Assembly: GCA_002716355.1 (NCBI GenBank)
Contig: PBAU01000011.1
Location: 1-32,000 of the forward strand
Direction: 5' to 3'
Length of the DNA stretch: 32,000 bases
Origin: a bacterium
GTDB taxonomy: Bacteria; UBP7; UBA6624
In this document: positions 15,483 through 23,948 of the stretch, in pieces
Layout of the letters: every line of letters begins with the position of its first letter
Position numbering within the stretch: the first letter of the stretch is position 1
Made by a program: the position numbers and the translations under genes
The notes under the pieces: model-generated
The model's database searches: none
What the model was told of the DNA's origin: nothing
What the model saw: the letters and a program-made list of their open reading frames with translations, nothing else

Positions 15483-16930
15483 ACGAAAAAAGAGAATTTA
15501 GAGAAAAAAAATTAAAAAAATGGATTGAAAAATATGGAGATCCTTACGAGAGCTCTTTTTCAATTACAAATTCACCAGGAGAAATAAAGGATAATTTTGA
15601 ATCCCTTGAAAATCAATCAGTTAGCTCTGGAGGAAGAGTGCTTGCTTTTAGAAAGCAAGGCAAACTGGCTTTTTTGGATATTGGAGATATAACTGGAAGA
15701 ATTCAACTTTTTATGCGTAAGAATGATCTTGAAAATTTTGATGATGCTGAATTGCTAGATTTGGGAGATATCATATTTGTTCAAGGCAAGGTAATGAAGA
15801 CAAAAGTAGGTGAAGTCAGTATTTTCGTTTCTAAATTTTCACTCGTGTCAAAAGGTCGCCATGAACTTCCAGATAAAATGCATGGGATATCTGATCCAGA
15901 AACACGACAAAGGAAAAGATGGGTAGATATGGCTATTGGTGGAGATATAGCAAAAGATGTAGTTTTTATTTCTAGATTTTTTCAAAAAGCACGAGAATAT
16001 TGGCAATCTGAAGGGTTTCTTGAAGTTTTCACTCCAATGCTCCATCAGATTCCTGGTGGTGCTTATGCAAGACCTTTTGAAACACATCACAATGCATTGG
16101 ATTTATCTTTGTATTTAAGAATAGCGCCAGAGCTTTATCTTAAAAAATTATTGGTTGGTGGATGTCCTAAAGTTTTTGAAATAGGTAGAAATTTCAGAAA
16201 TGAAGGAATATCAAAAAAGCATAATCCGGAATTTTTTGGACTCGAGGCTTATGAGGCTTGGGGAAGCTTTGAGACGATGATGTCAAGATCGGAAGAATTT
16301 ATAAAATTTCTTGCAGCGGATCTTTTGAAAAATGATTCTTTTGAATGGATGGGAAAAAAGATCTCCCTGAAAGGTAAGTTTAAAAGATTAGATTTCAGGC
16401 AAGCTTTAATAGATGCAGTTGGTATTGATATTGACAGCATGTCTAAGCTTGAAGATTACAAAGATGTTTTTAAAAAACATAATTTAAATTGGGGCAATGG
16501 CATGACGGTAGGGAGAGCGCAGGATAAACTTTATGGTGAATATATCGAGTCAAAAATTGTAAATCCGACTTTTGTAACAGGTTATCCAAAAGAAATGAGC
16601 CCTTTGGCAAAGAGCATTCCAGGAAGTAAAAATTGGACACAAAGATTTGAACTTGTAATTGCTGGTTGTGAGGTGGCAAATGCATTTGGAGAGTTACATG
16701 ACCCAGATGAACAAAGTCGTAGGATGAAAAACCAACAGGATGCAAAAGATTCAGGTGACCTAGAGGCTCAACCAATTGATGATTCATATATAGAAGCTTT
16801 GGAGTTTGGCATGCCATCTGCCGGAGGCATTGGCTTTGGTGTAGAGCGTTTGTTGATGATGTTTCTGAATAAAGATTCAATCAGAGATGTTATTCTTTTC
16901 CCAATGCTAAAGCCAAAAAGGGATGAGTGA
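15479..16930 (+). CDS. lysS: Lysine--tRNA ligase, class II
   Basis: The N-terminal OB-fold region has GRVLAFRKQGKLAFLDIGDITGRIQLF. Class II motifs: FLEVFTPMLH, RIAPELYLKKLLVGG, VFEIGRNFRNEG, HNPEFFGLEAY, ELVIAGCEVANAFGELHDP, and GMPSAGGIGFGVERLLM. GTG start at 15479. Confidence 0.92.
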   Translation: MNEKREFREKKLKKWIEKYGDPYESSFSITNSPGEIKDNFESLENQSVSSGGRVLAFRKQGKLAFLDIGDITGRIQLFMRKNDLENFDDAELLDLGDIIFVQGKVMKTKVGEVSIFVSKFSLVSKGRHELPDKMHGISDPETRQRKRWVDMAIGGDIAKDVVFISRFFQKAREYWQSEGFLEVFTPMLHQIPGGAYARPFETHHNALDLSLYLRIAPELYLKKLLVGGCPKVFEIGRNFRNEGISKKHNPEFFGLEAYEAWGSFETMMSRSEEFIKFLAADLLKNDSFEWMGKKISLKGKFKRLDFRQALIDAVGIDIDSMSKLEDYKDVFKKHNLNWGNGMTVGRAQDKLYGEYIESKIVNPTFVTGYPKEMSPLAKSIPGSKNWTQRFELVIAGCEVANAFGELHDPDEQSRRMKNQQDAKDSGDLEAQPIDDSYIEALEFGMPSAGGIGFGVERLLMMFLNKDSIRDVILFPMLKPKRDE

Positions 16931-17378
16931 AAAAGAGTATTTTAGATTGATTAATAAATTGATCAGAGAATCTGGTCTCAAGGTTAAAAAAAAAGAAAAA
17001 AATATTGCTAAAAAAATTATCCAAAGATGGAATAAGATTTGGCCTTTTGTTGGTAGGGATATTGAATTAAAAACAACAAAAAATGGAGTGTTTGTTTACC
17101 TGTTGGTTGATTATGAAGGCCAATTTTTTCGCGTTGCAAGTTTGGCATTTAGGACTGACCGTAAAAATTTGTTTTTCATTCAGGCTCCTGTCCCTGAAAG
17201 GTCAGCATGGACAAATCAGAAATTTGCAAGAATTTTAGACTTCTTGTTTCAGGAATGGTCAGCTCTTGAGTTTGCTACAGGCCTAGGAAGGACAAGCATC
17301 ATAATTCCCTTGAATGATTTAGACAATGATTCTGATGTAGACTTCATAATGGAAGATTTATTGGAGGTGGTTAAATGA
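16923..17378 (+). CDS. Hypothetical protein, 151 aa, basic N-terminus and acidic C-terminus
   Basis: ATG 16923 overlaps the lysS 3' end by 8 nt. The stop overlaps the next ATG (ATGA at 17375-17378). No recognisable motifs. Confidence 0.5.
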   Translation: MSEKEYFRLINKLIRESGLKVKKKEKNIAKKIIQRWNKIWPFVGRDIELKTTKNGVFVYLLVDYEGQFFRVASLAFRTDRKNLFFIQAPVPERSAWTNQKFARILDFLFQEWSALEFATGLGRTSIIIPLNDLDNDSDVDFIMEDLLEVVK

Positions 17379-17884
17379 AAGATGATAATCAAGTAGATGA
17401 CTTGAATTTAGATGAAATGGATGAAAATGCTAACGGTGATAAGAAAGAAAGACATGGATGTGCAACTGCGTTCATCATAGTGACAGTTTTAGGTAGTCTC
17501 TACAATATTATTGCTTTTATAACCGGTAGGACTACAAAACAGCTTGAAACGGCTGCTGCTCAGTTGCGAATGGCTGAAATGTATGAAGAGGCTGAAGGGA
17601 TGGACAGGATGATTGATGCGATGCAGGCCCCGGCAATTATGCCTATGGGAGTAACAAGTGCTGTTTTGATAACAGTTGGATTGATTATGATTTGGCGCTG
17701 GAGGCAAATAGGAATACCTTTGTTTTTGGCTGGAAGTGCTTTGAGCATGGTTGCAAATTGGATGATTTATTCAAACAGTGGAGGAAATCCGTGGGACGCC
17801 TTTGTATCAACCTTGATAACAATTGGTGTTTTCTTTTGGGCGATGTCAATGGGTGATAAGAAAACAATAAATCAGCTTGATTAA
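17375..17884 (+). CDS. Hypothetical membrane protein, acidic N-terminus plus about 4 predicted TM segments
   Basis: Hydrophobic stretches: CATAFIIVTVLGSLYNIIAFI, GVTSAVLITVGLIMIW, IGIPLFLAGSALSMVANWMIY, FVSTLITIGVFFWAMSM. Translationally coupled to the upstream ORF. Confidence 0.55.
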   Translation: MKDDNQVDDLNLDEMDENANGDKKERHGCATAFIIVTVLGSLYNIIAFITGRTTKQLETAAAQLRMAEMYEEAEGMDRMIDAMQAPAIMPMGVTSAVLITVGLIMIWRWRQIGIPLFLAGSALSMVANWMIYSNSGGNPWDAFVSTLITIGVFFWAMSMGDKKTINQLD

Positions 17885-18633
17885 ATCAGTTTTGATCTTA
17901 TTTTTCCACTAATGTAATCAACCAAGGTAACAACAATAATGATGCCAATCAGTATTGTGCCGACATGGCTCCAGTTTCTTGCCATTAATGCAAAGAAGAG
18001 AGTTTTTCCTATACCTCCTGCTCCAACCATGCCAAGAACACTTGCTGCTCTTATGTTTATTTCAAGCCTGTAAAGAAGTATAGATACGAATTCCGGCATA
18101 ATTTGAGGCAAGGCAGAATATCTAAATACAGATATTTGAGATCCGCCAACAGCAAGAACAGCTTCAATTGGACCTTTATTAATTGATTCAGTAACTTCAG
18201 CTGTTAGCTTTGATAGTGTTCCTGTTGAATGAAAACCCAAAGCAAGAACTCCAGCAAATGCTCCAGGACCAACACCTACAATAAATATAATCGCTAATAA
18301 AATTTCTGGAATCGTTCTAATTGCATTTAATGTAAATTTAATAAATCCGGATATTGGCTTAGGCGAAGTATTTTCTGCAGCAAGAATACCTAACATTAAT
18401 GAAAAAAATCCAGCAAACACTGTTCCGATTAATGCAATTTGAAAACTTTCGAGAAGTCCTTTTGCTACATTTTGATAAATTGACAAATCTGGATTAAAGA
18501 GTCCATTTTCACCAGAAAGTATTTTTGTAAAAATTTCTTGGCCTTTTTTGTTTGTTTCAGGAAGGTATTCATTGGTTATTAAACCAATCAGAACAAAAAC
18601 AAACAATGAAAGGAGGATTTTTTTATTGTTCAT
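17881..18633 (-). CDS. phnE: Phosphonate-type ABC transporter permease (PhnE family)
   Basis: EAVLAVGGSQISVFRYSALPQIMPEF, YRLEINIRAASVLGMVGAGGIGK: the characteristic PhnE EAA loop and VGAGGIG tail. Overlaps the upstream gene by 4 nt. Confidence 0.8.
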   Translation of the reverse strand: MNNKKILLSLFVFVLIGLITNEYLPETNKKGQEIFTKILSGENGLFNPDLSIYQNVAKGLLESFQIALIGTVFAGFFSLMLGILAAENTSPKPISGFIKFTLNAIRTIPEILLAIIFIVGVGPGAFAGVLALGFHSTGTLSKLTAEVTESINKGPIEAVLAVGGSQISVFRYSALPQIMPEFVSILLYRLEINIRAASVLGMVGAGGIGKTLFFALMARNWSHVGTILIGIIIVVTLVDYISGKIRSKLI

Positions 18634-19382
18634 GAACCCATCAACCTTTTTCTTATTTTTGCTGAAATGAAATCAATGATTGCAATTATTAGAAATAATG
18701 TTAATAATAACGATGATATTTTGTTGTATTGACCCAGATCAAAATTTATATTTAACCAGGTTCCAATTCCTCCAGCGCCAACCAAACCAATAATAGCTGC
18801 TGCTCTTATGTTGATTTCAAAAACATACAAACAGTAAGACAAAAATTGTGGAAGAACAGCTGGTGCAATCCCATATTTGATTCTTGATAACCAGGATCCA
18901 CCTACAGCTCTTATTGGGTCGAAAGAATTTTCATCTACTGATTCCAGGCTTTCATATAGTAGTTTGCTTATTATGCCAAAAGAAAAAAAGCTTAATGCAA
19001 CAATTCCTGCAAATGGATTTGCGCCAAAAAGGGCTACACATAAAGCCGCTAATAATAAATCAGGAATTGTTCTTACAAGATTGAGGAAGAATCTGAAAAA
19101 TACATTTAAAAATTTAGTTTTGGTTACAGTGTTTGCTGCAAATATTGCGATCGGATAAGCTAAAAAGGCTCCATAAAAAGTTGAAACAAATGCCATTTTA
19201 AGTGTTGTTATAAAATCAGGAAAAACTTTTGAAACTTCAGAAAAATCTGGAGGGAACATTTCAGAGATAAAAAAATTAATATCAGCAAAGCCGTTGATAA
19301 GTGACTTGAATGAAACTTCAGTTTCATAACAGGCCCATAAGAACAAAGCTGCAAAAAACAAAATCGTCATTTTTTTATTCAT
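18630..19382 (-). CDS. phnE: Phosphonate-type ABC transporter permease (PhnE family), second copy
   Basis: RAVGGSWLSRIKYGIAPAVLPQF, FEINIRAAAIIGLVGAGGIG. Overlaps phnC by 4 nt. Confidence 0.8.
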   Translation of the reverse strand: MNKKMTILFFAALFLWACYETEVSFKSLINGFADINFFISEMFPPDFSEVSKVFPDFITTLKMAFVSTFYGAFLAYPIAIFAANTVTKTKFLNVFFRFFLNLVRTIPDLLLAALCVALFGANPFAGIVALSFFSFGIISKLLYESLESVDENSFDPIRAVGGSWLSRIKYGIAPAVLPQFLSYCLYVFEINIRAAAIIGLVGAGGIGTWLNINFDLGQYNKISSLLLTLFLIIAIIDFISAKIRKRLMGS

Positions 19383-20128
19383 GTTTTTTGATAAATTTGT
19401 TTAAATGATTCTTTTGTAGCTTCTGAGGATGGTGAATCCCATACCTTCTCCCCATTCCTCAAGCCAATAATTCTGTCAGAATACTTCAAAGCCATTTCTA
19501 TATCGTGCAAATTAATTACAACAGCGATTTTTCTTTTTTTACATTTGGTTTTTAAATCATCTAATATCTTTTTTGCTGTTGGAGGGTCCAAGCTTGCTAC
19601 TGGCTCATCAGCTAAGATGATTTTTGGATCTTGAATAAGAGCCCTAGCGATTGAAACTCTTTGTTTTTCTCCGCCAGAAAGTTGATCAGCTCTTTTTTGA
19701 ACATGTTGACTCAAGCCCATTTCAAACAATATTGATTTTGCTTTCTCTTTGTCCTGTTTGGACCATAATCCAAAAGTTGTCATTAGTGGATTTCTTTGCC
19801 CAAGCAAGCCAGTCAAAACATTGTCTAAAACTGAAATTCGATCTTGAAGATTGTAATTTTGAAAAATAAAACCTATGTTTGTTCTGTATTTTCTATATTC
19901 TTTTGATGACATAGATTTTGTATTTCTTTGTTTGAAGTAGATATTGCCATTTGATGCTTCTGTTAAACCATTTACACATCTTAAAAATGTTGATTTTCCA
20001 GATCCACTTTTCCCTACAATAGCAATAATCTCACTTGGGAAAATATCTAAGTCAAAATTAAACAAAGCATATTTTTTTGAATTCGGATATTTCTTTGAAA
20101 TATTTTCAATTTTTAATAATGGTTTCAT
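19379..20128 (-). CDS. phnC: Phosphonate-type ABC transporter ATP-binding protein
   Basis: Walker A GKSGSGKSTFLRCVNGL, Q-loop, signature LSGGEKQRVSIARAL, Walker B ILADEPVASLDP, and an H-loop (NLHD). This N-terminal pattern is typical of PhnC. Confidence 0.85.
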   Translation of the reverse strand: MKPLLKIENISKKYPNSKKYALFNFDLDIFPSEIIAIVGKSGSGKSTFLRCVNGLTEASNGNIYFKQRNTKSMSSKEYRKYRTNIGFIFQNYNLQDRISVLDNVLTGLLGQRNPLMTTFGLWSKQDKEKAKSILFEMGLSQHVQKRADQLSGGEKQRVSIARALIQDPKIILADEPVASLDPPTAKKILDDLKTKCKKRKIAVVINLHDIEMALKYSDRIIGLRNGEKVWDSPSSEATKESFKQIYQKT

Positions 20129-21273
20129 AATAGGCCGCTTTTTTCTGCTAGTATTTTTAGTTCCAAAAAATCTTCATGATTTGTTTTTTCAAAACCTTCA
20201 ATACTGTATATATTGTTTAATATTTCAAAAATTTTATTATTTTTTTCAGGCAGTTCAATAAAGATTTTTTCTATCTCTTTCATTAGATTTTCATCCAAGT
20301 CTCCTCTTGCTGCAACGATATCATTTGGTATTGGAGTCGTTAAGGCTAATTGAAAAATTTCACCATCCCATTTTTCTAAAATTTTAACTTCAGTCAATCC
20401 ACAAGTTGTTTTAATTGTTGTTTTGCTCTCAACCTCCATATTTTTTAAATAAGGCATTATTTCTTGTGCGATTGAATCAACAATAGGAGATTGATATCTC
20501 ATCAGTATATCCCAAAAATTTTTTTCTAAAGTATCATGTAAAAATGTATCAACACATATTTGTTTCATATCAGTAAAGGTAAGCTCAACTTTAAAACCAG
20601 GTGCTATATTTTCAAAATCATAAACAAAATTTTTTCTAGCATCTTCATAGGTTGCTCCAGCATCCCATTCACCTCTATATATCCCTTGTACGACATTGTC
20701 ATGGCTGCCCAACATTGCATAATTTTTTAAATCTGTTCGGTAGTCAATGCCTTCAGCAAGTAAGGTGATTTGAGGATAGAGAAAGCCACTTGTTGAAGCT
20801 GGGTCAGTGAATGCAAACAGTTTACCTTTAAGATCTTTTATTGACTCTATATTGCTTGACCGTGAGGCAAGAATTTGTGCCCTGTAGCTGTTTTTGCCAA
20901 ATCTTATCGTTCGCAAAAGTGGTTTTGTTGGAGTGTTTATTTTTTCAGTATCCCTGCGAGAAAGAAGATATGAAAATGGAGCCAAAAAACTAATGTCTAC
21001 TGTGCCAGCTTTCATTCCTGCGATTAAACCCATGTATTTCACAGCAACAAAGCTTTCTACTTTTAGTCCAGGATATTGCTCTTGAAGTTCTTTTTGAAGG
21101 TATTCTTCTAGCGGTTTGATGTCATCCTTGAGCGTTTGAGCTTGCTGACTCGGCACAAAGCCAATAACAAGAGTACATTGTTCAGGTTGTTTTTCAAAAT
21201 TACAGGTATTTGGTGTTGATGAACAGCTGTTTAGGCAAAGTAGAACGGTAATAAATAAGATTTTCTTATACAA
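20125..21273 (-). CDS. phnD: PhnD-family periplasmic substrate-binding lipoprotein with an internal insertion
   Basis: TTG start at 21273, the only start that gives the signal peptide. MYKKILFITVLLCLNSC carries a lipobox. PhnD-like blocks: LVIGFVPSQQAQ, FAFTDPASTSGFLYP, GSHDNVVQGIYRGEWDAGA, TPIPNDIVAARGDL. It heads the phnCEE genes with 4-nt overlaps. Confidence 0.75.
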   Translation of the reverse strand: MYKKILFITVLLCLNSCSSTPNTCNFEKQPEQCTLVIGFVPSQQAQTLKDDIKPLEEYLQKELQEQYPGLKVESFVAVKYMGLIAGMKAGTVDISFLAPFSYLLSRRDTEKINTPTKPLLRTIRFGKNSYRAQILASRSSNIESIKDLKGKLFAFTDPASTSGFLYPQITLLAEGIDYRTDLKNYAMLGSHDNVVQGIYRGEWDAGATYEDARKNFVYDFENIAPGFKVELTFTDMKQICVDTFLHDTLEKNFWDILMRYQSPIVDSIAQEIMPYLKNMEVESKTTIKTTCGLTEVKILEKWDGEIFQLALTTPIPNDIVAARGDLDENLMKEIEKIFIELPEKNNKIFEILNNIYSIEGFEKTNHEDFLELKILAEKSGLL

Positions 21274-21281
21274 AACGTGAT

Positions 21282-21295
21282 TATGGTAATACGAT
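21282..21295. promoter_or_regulatory. Copy A of a shared 14-nt element TATGGTAATACGAT in the phnD / symporter divergent gap
   Basis: Identical 14-mer to 24783-24796. It lies 8 nt from the TTG start (21273) of minus-strand phnD. The function (promoter core, 5'-UTR element or operator) is unknown. Confidence 0.3.
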
Positions 21296-21329
21296 AAATT
21301 TGAATCTTTTATATTTTAAAGAACTTGGT

Positions 21330-22811
21330 ATGACAAATTTTGGATTATTGGACTGGATTATTGTTTTCATTTATCTTTCAGGTTCTGTTTTTATAGGTTA
21401 TCAATCTAGGAAATATGTAAAAAATATGTCTGATTTCGTAGTTGCAGGAAGGTCTCTTGGTCGTGGTTTAGGAATCGCAACAATGATTGGATCTGAACTT
21501 GGTCTAATAACAGTCATGTATGCAGCCCAAAAAGGTTTGACTGGCGGTTTTGCTTCTTTTCATATAGCCTTACTTGCAGGACTGGTTTGCCTTATTGTTG
21601 GATGGACTGGATATATTGTGGTTCCTCTGAGAAAGTTGGGAGTTATGACAATTCCTGAATTTTACGAAAAAAGGTTTTCAAGAGGTGTCCGTATCTTGGG
21701 TGGTGCAATTTTGGCCTTGTCTGGAATTTTGAACATGGGAATGTTTTTAAATGCTGGTGGAACTTTTATTGTTGGAGTTACCGGAATGGATTCAGATTTT
21801 CATTTGAAAATAGTCATGAGCATACTTTTGATCCTGGTTCTCTTTTACACAATGTTGGGTGGAATGTTTTCAATTATTGTGACTGATTTCATTCAGTTTG
21901 TTGTTCTTTCTATTGGTTTATTGATTGCCACATTTATTTCAATTAAAACACTAGGATGGGAACATATATTACAAACTGCTGAAAACCATTATGGGGCTGC
22001 AGGTTTTAATCCACTTCATGCTGATGGTTTTGGGATTGATTATGTGGTATGGATGGCTTTTATGGGTTTGATATCTTGCGCTGTTTGGCAAACTGCTGTT
22101 ATGAGAGCTTGCGCTGCAAAGGATACAGATACTGTTAAGAGAATTTACAAATGGTCTTCCATCGGTTTTTTAGCAAGATTTTTAATCCCTAATTTTTTGG
22201 GCATATGTGCAGTTGTTTATTTTGCAGACAATTTACTTCCCATGCCTGAAAATACACTGCAAGCATTCCCACAGTTTTTAGGTGCAATTTTACCAACTGG
22301 AATTTTAGGTTTAGTAGTTGCTGGTATGCTGGCGGCTTTTATGTCAACACATGATAGTTATTTGCTATGTTGGAGTTCAGTGTTGACTGAAGATGTTATT
22401 AATCCTTTTTATGACTGTAAGTTAAAAGACGCGTTAAGGTTGAAGATCACAAGGATTATTATTTTTTTAATAGGTATATTTTTGTTAATTTGGAGCTTAT
22501 GGTATCCATTAGGGCAAGATCTTTGGGACTATATGGCCATTTCGGGAGCGATATATTTTACAGGCGCTTTTGCGCTCCTTGGAGTCGGCTTATATTGGAA
22601 AAAAGCAAGTACAACTGGAGCATACTTAGCAATTTTAGGTGGTTTATCAGCAATGTCTGGTTTAGGTCCAATTAAAGAGAGGTTAGGACCGTCAATTAAT
22701 TCATTGAGCTCAGCAGAATTAGGCCTTTTTACAATTGCGCTTTCTGTTATATTGTTGGTTTTAGGTTCACTTCTTTTCCCAGATAAAAAAAAGAATATCA
22801 AAGGAGCTTAA
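21330..22811 (+). CDS. Sodium:solute symporter (SSS) family transporter
   Basis: About 13 hydrophobic segments. The N-terminus LDWIIVFIYLSGSVFIGYQSRKYVKNMSDFVVAGRSLG is typical of SSS proteins. ATG 21330 is preferred over the ORF-track TTG 21300. Confidence 0.8.
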   Translation: MTNFGLLDWIIVFIYLSGSVFIGYQSRKYVKNMSDFVVAGRSLGRGLGIATMIGSELGLITVMYAAQKGLTGGFASFHIALLAGLVCLIVGWTGYIVVPLRKLGVMTIPEFYEKRFSRGVRILGGAILALSGILNMGMFLNAGGTFIVGVTGMDSDFHLKIVMSILLILVLFYTMLGGMFSIIVTDFIQFVVLSIGLLIATFISIKTLGWEHILQTAENHYGAAGFNPLHADGFGIDYVVWMAFMGLISCAVWQTAVMRACAAKDTDTVKRIYKWSSIGFLARFLIPNFLGICAVVYFADNLLPMPENTLQAFPQFLGAILPTGILGLVVAGMLAAFMSTHDSYLLCWSSVLTEDVINPFYDCKLKDALRLKITRIIIFLIGIFLLIWSLWYPLGQDLWDYMAISGAIYFTGAFALLGVGLYWKKASTTGAYLAILGGLSAMSGLGPIKERLGPSINSLSSAELGLFTIALSVILLVLGSLLFPDKKKNIKGA

Positions 22812-22939
22812 TGATGGATTGGAAACTTTTTTGGACGTATTTTTTATTTATAGGTTTGTCAATTTTTCTGTTTGTCTCTTTAAAAACAGCACAAAGCGGT
22901 TTTAGAGAGTTGAAGGATTTTTTTAGCAGAAAAGATTAA
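22811..22939 (+). CDS. Predicted 42-aa single-pass membrane micro-protein (below the ORF-track size cutoff)
   Basis: Sequence MMDWKLFWTYFLFIGLSIFLFVSLKTAQSGFRELKDFFSRKD. AAGGAG at 22801-22806 precedes ATG 22811/22814. The ATG overlaps the symporter stop (TAATG). It fills what would otherwise be the largest gene-free gap in the window. Confidence 0.4.
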   Translation: MMDWKLFWTYFLFIGLSIFLFVSLKTAQSGFRELKDFFSRKD

Positions 22940-23940
22940 ATTGAAAATATTATTTTTTGGTATTTTTGAAAATTATTTTTAAGATCTTCATAGAGTTTAT
23001 ATTGTGTTTTAAACCTTTGAAGATTTTGATTTTTTCTTGAGGTTTTGAAATATACATCTCCATTTATGTGATCTGTTAAAAAACGTATTGAATTTTCAAA
23101 AATTATATATATTGAACCTTGAAGGAGGTTTGATTTTTCAATTGGGGTTATCCAATCACCAACTGCTGAAAGGTAACCTTCTGTAATCGCTTCAAATAAG
23201 TTCTTGTTGATTTTGACTTGATTTGTTGCCATCTCATCCTCCTTGTTTTTTGATGACATTGATCTAATCATGTCACCATAATCAAAAAATATAAAACCTG
23301 GCATTGTGGTGTCAAGGTCAATTATTGCTTTTGTATTATTATTTTTATCAAACAGAATATTGCTTATTTTTGTGTCATAATGGACTATTCTTTTTGGACA
23401 ATTGAACATTTGTTGAGAAAGTGTTCTCCAAAAAGTTTTACTCTTGGAAATTTCATTTATTTTTTCTTGAATTTTTGGTGTTAGTCTTGATTTAGTATTT
23501 AATTTTGCTGCATTTTCAAGTTGGGATATCCTTGAATCAACATTGTGGAAGTTTGGTATTGTTTCCTTTATTGCATTAAGCGGGAGATCCAGAAGGGCTT
23601 CTTGAAACTTCCCAAAGGAAAAAGCTGTTTTAAAGGCCATGTTATTGTTTTCTGGCCTCAGAAATGTTTTGCTTGAGATGTATTCAAGTCTTCTCCATGC
23701 ACCATCATTCTCAATTAATTTTGGAATCCTGATATTGCTATTTTTTTTTAAATGATTTTCTATTTCGTAATAGTTTTTATGGATAGCTTCCGTATCCTGG
23801 AAAACATCTTGATTGATTTTTTGTATAACAAAATCTCGGTATATCCATGTGTTGTTGATCAAGCCTTTGGTTATCTCTACAGGAGAAGGGCAACCTGTAT
23901 CCGTAGATTTTTTTTCCTGCTTGAAAACGTTATCAAACAT
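22936..23940 (-). CDS. APH-fold phosphotransferase, probable anomeric sugar (N-acetylhexosamine-type) 1-kinase
   Basis: Catalytic loop IVHYDTKISNILFD (H-x-D-x-K-x-x-N) and metal-binding AIIDLDTTMPGFIFFDYGD. It lies 8 nt downstream of the nucleotidyltransferase gene, with GAGG before the ATG. Confidence 0.55.
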   Translation of the reverse strand: MFDNVFKQEKKSTDTGCPSPVEITKGLINNTWIYRDFVIQKINQDVFQDTEAIHKNYYEIENHLKKNSNIRIPKLIENDGAWRRLEYISSKTFLRPENNNMAFKTAFSFGKFQEALLDLPLNAIKETIPNFHNVDSRISQLENAAKLNTKSRLTPKIQEKINEISKSKTFWRTLSQQMFNCPKRIVHYDTKISNILFDKNNNTKAIIDLDTTMPGFIFFDYGDMIRSMSSKNKEDEMATNQVKINKNLFEAITEGYLSAVGDWITPIEKSNLLQGSIYIIFENSIRFLTDHINGDVYFKTSRKNQNLQRFKTQYKLYEDLKNNFQKYQKIIFSI

Positions 23941-23948
23941 TTATGCCT

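Noticed and set aside
21300-21329. TTG 21300 as the symporter start (ORF track).
   Set aside because: ATG 21330 gives the typical SSS N-terminus directly entering TM1. The extra 10 residues (MNLLYFKELG) add nothing recognisable. The call remains uncertain.
21330-21347. A Pho-box-like half site (TTGTCAT on the minus strand, complement of the symporter ATGACAA) upstream of the phn operon.
   Set aside because: Only one 7-mer is a reasonable match and the second repeat matches 3 of 7. The 7-mer also simply mirrors the neighbouring start codon context.
22866-22890. A weak hairpin (CTGTTT...AAACAG) between the symporter and the kinase as a bidirectional terminator.
   Set aside because: It is only a 6-bp AT-rich stem with a 10-nt loop and no flanking T-tract. 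The region is better explained as the coding sequence of the micro-ORF.
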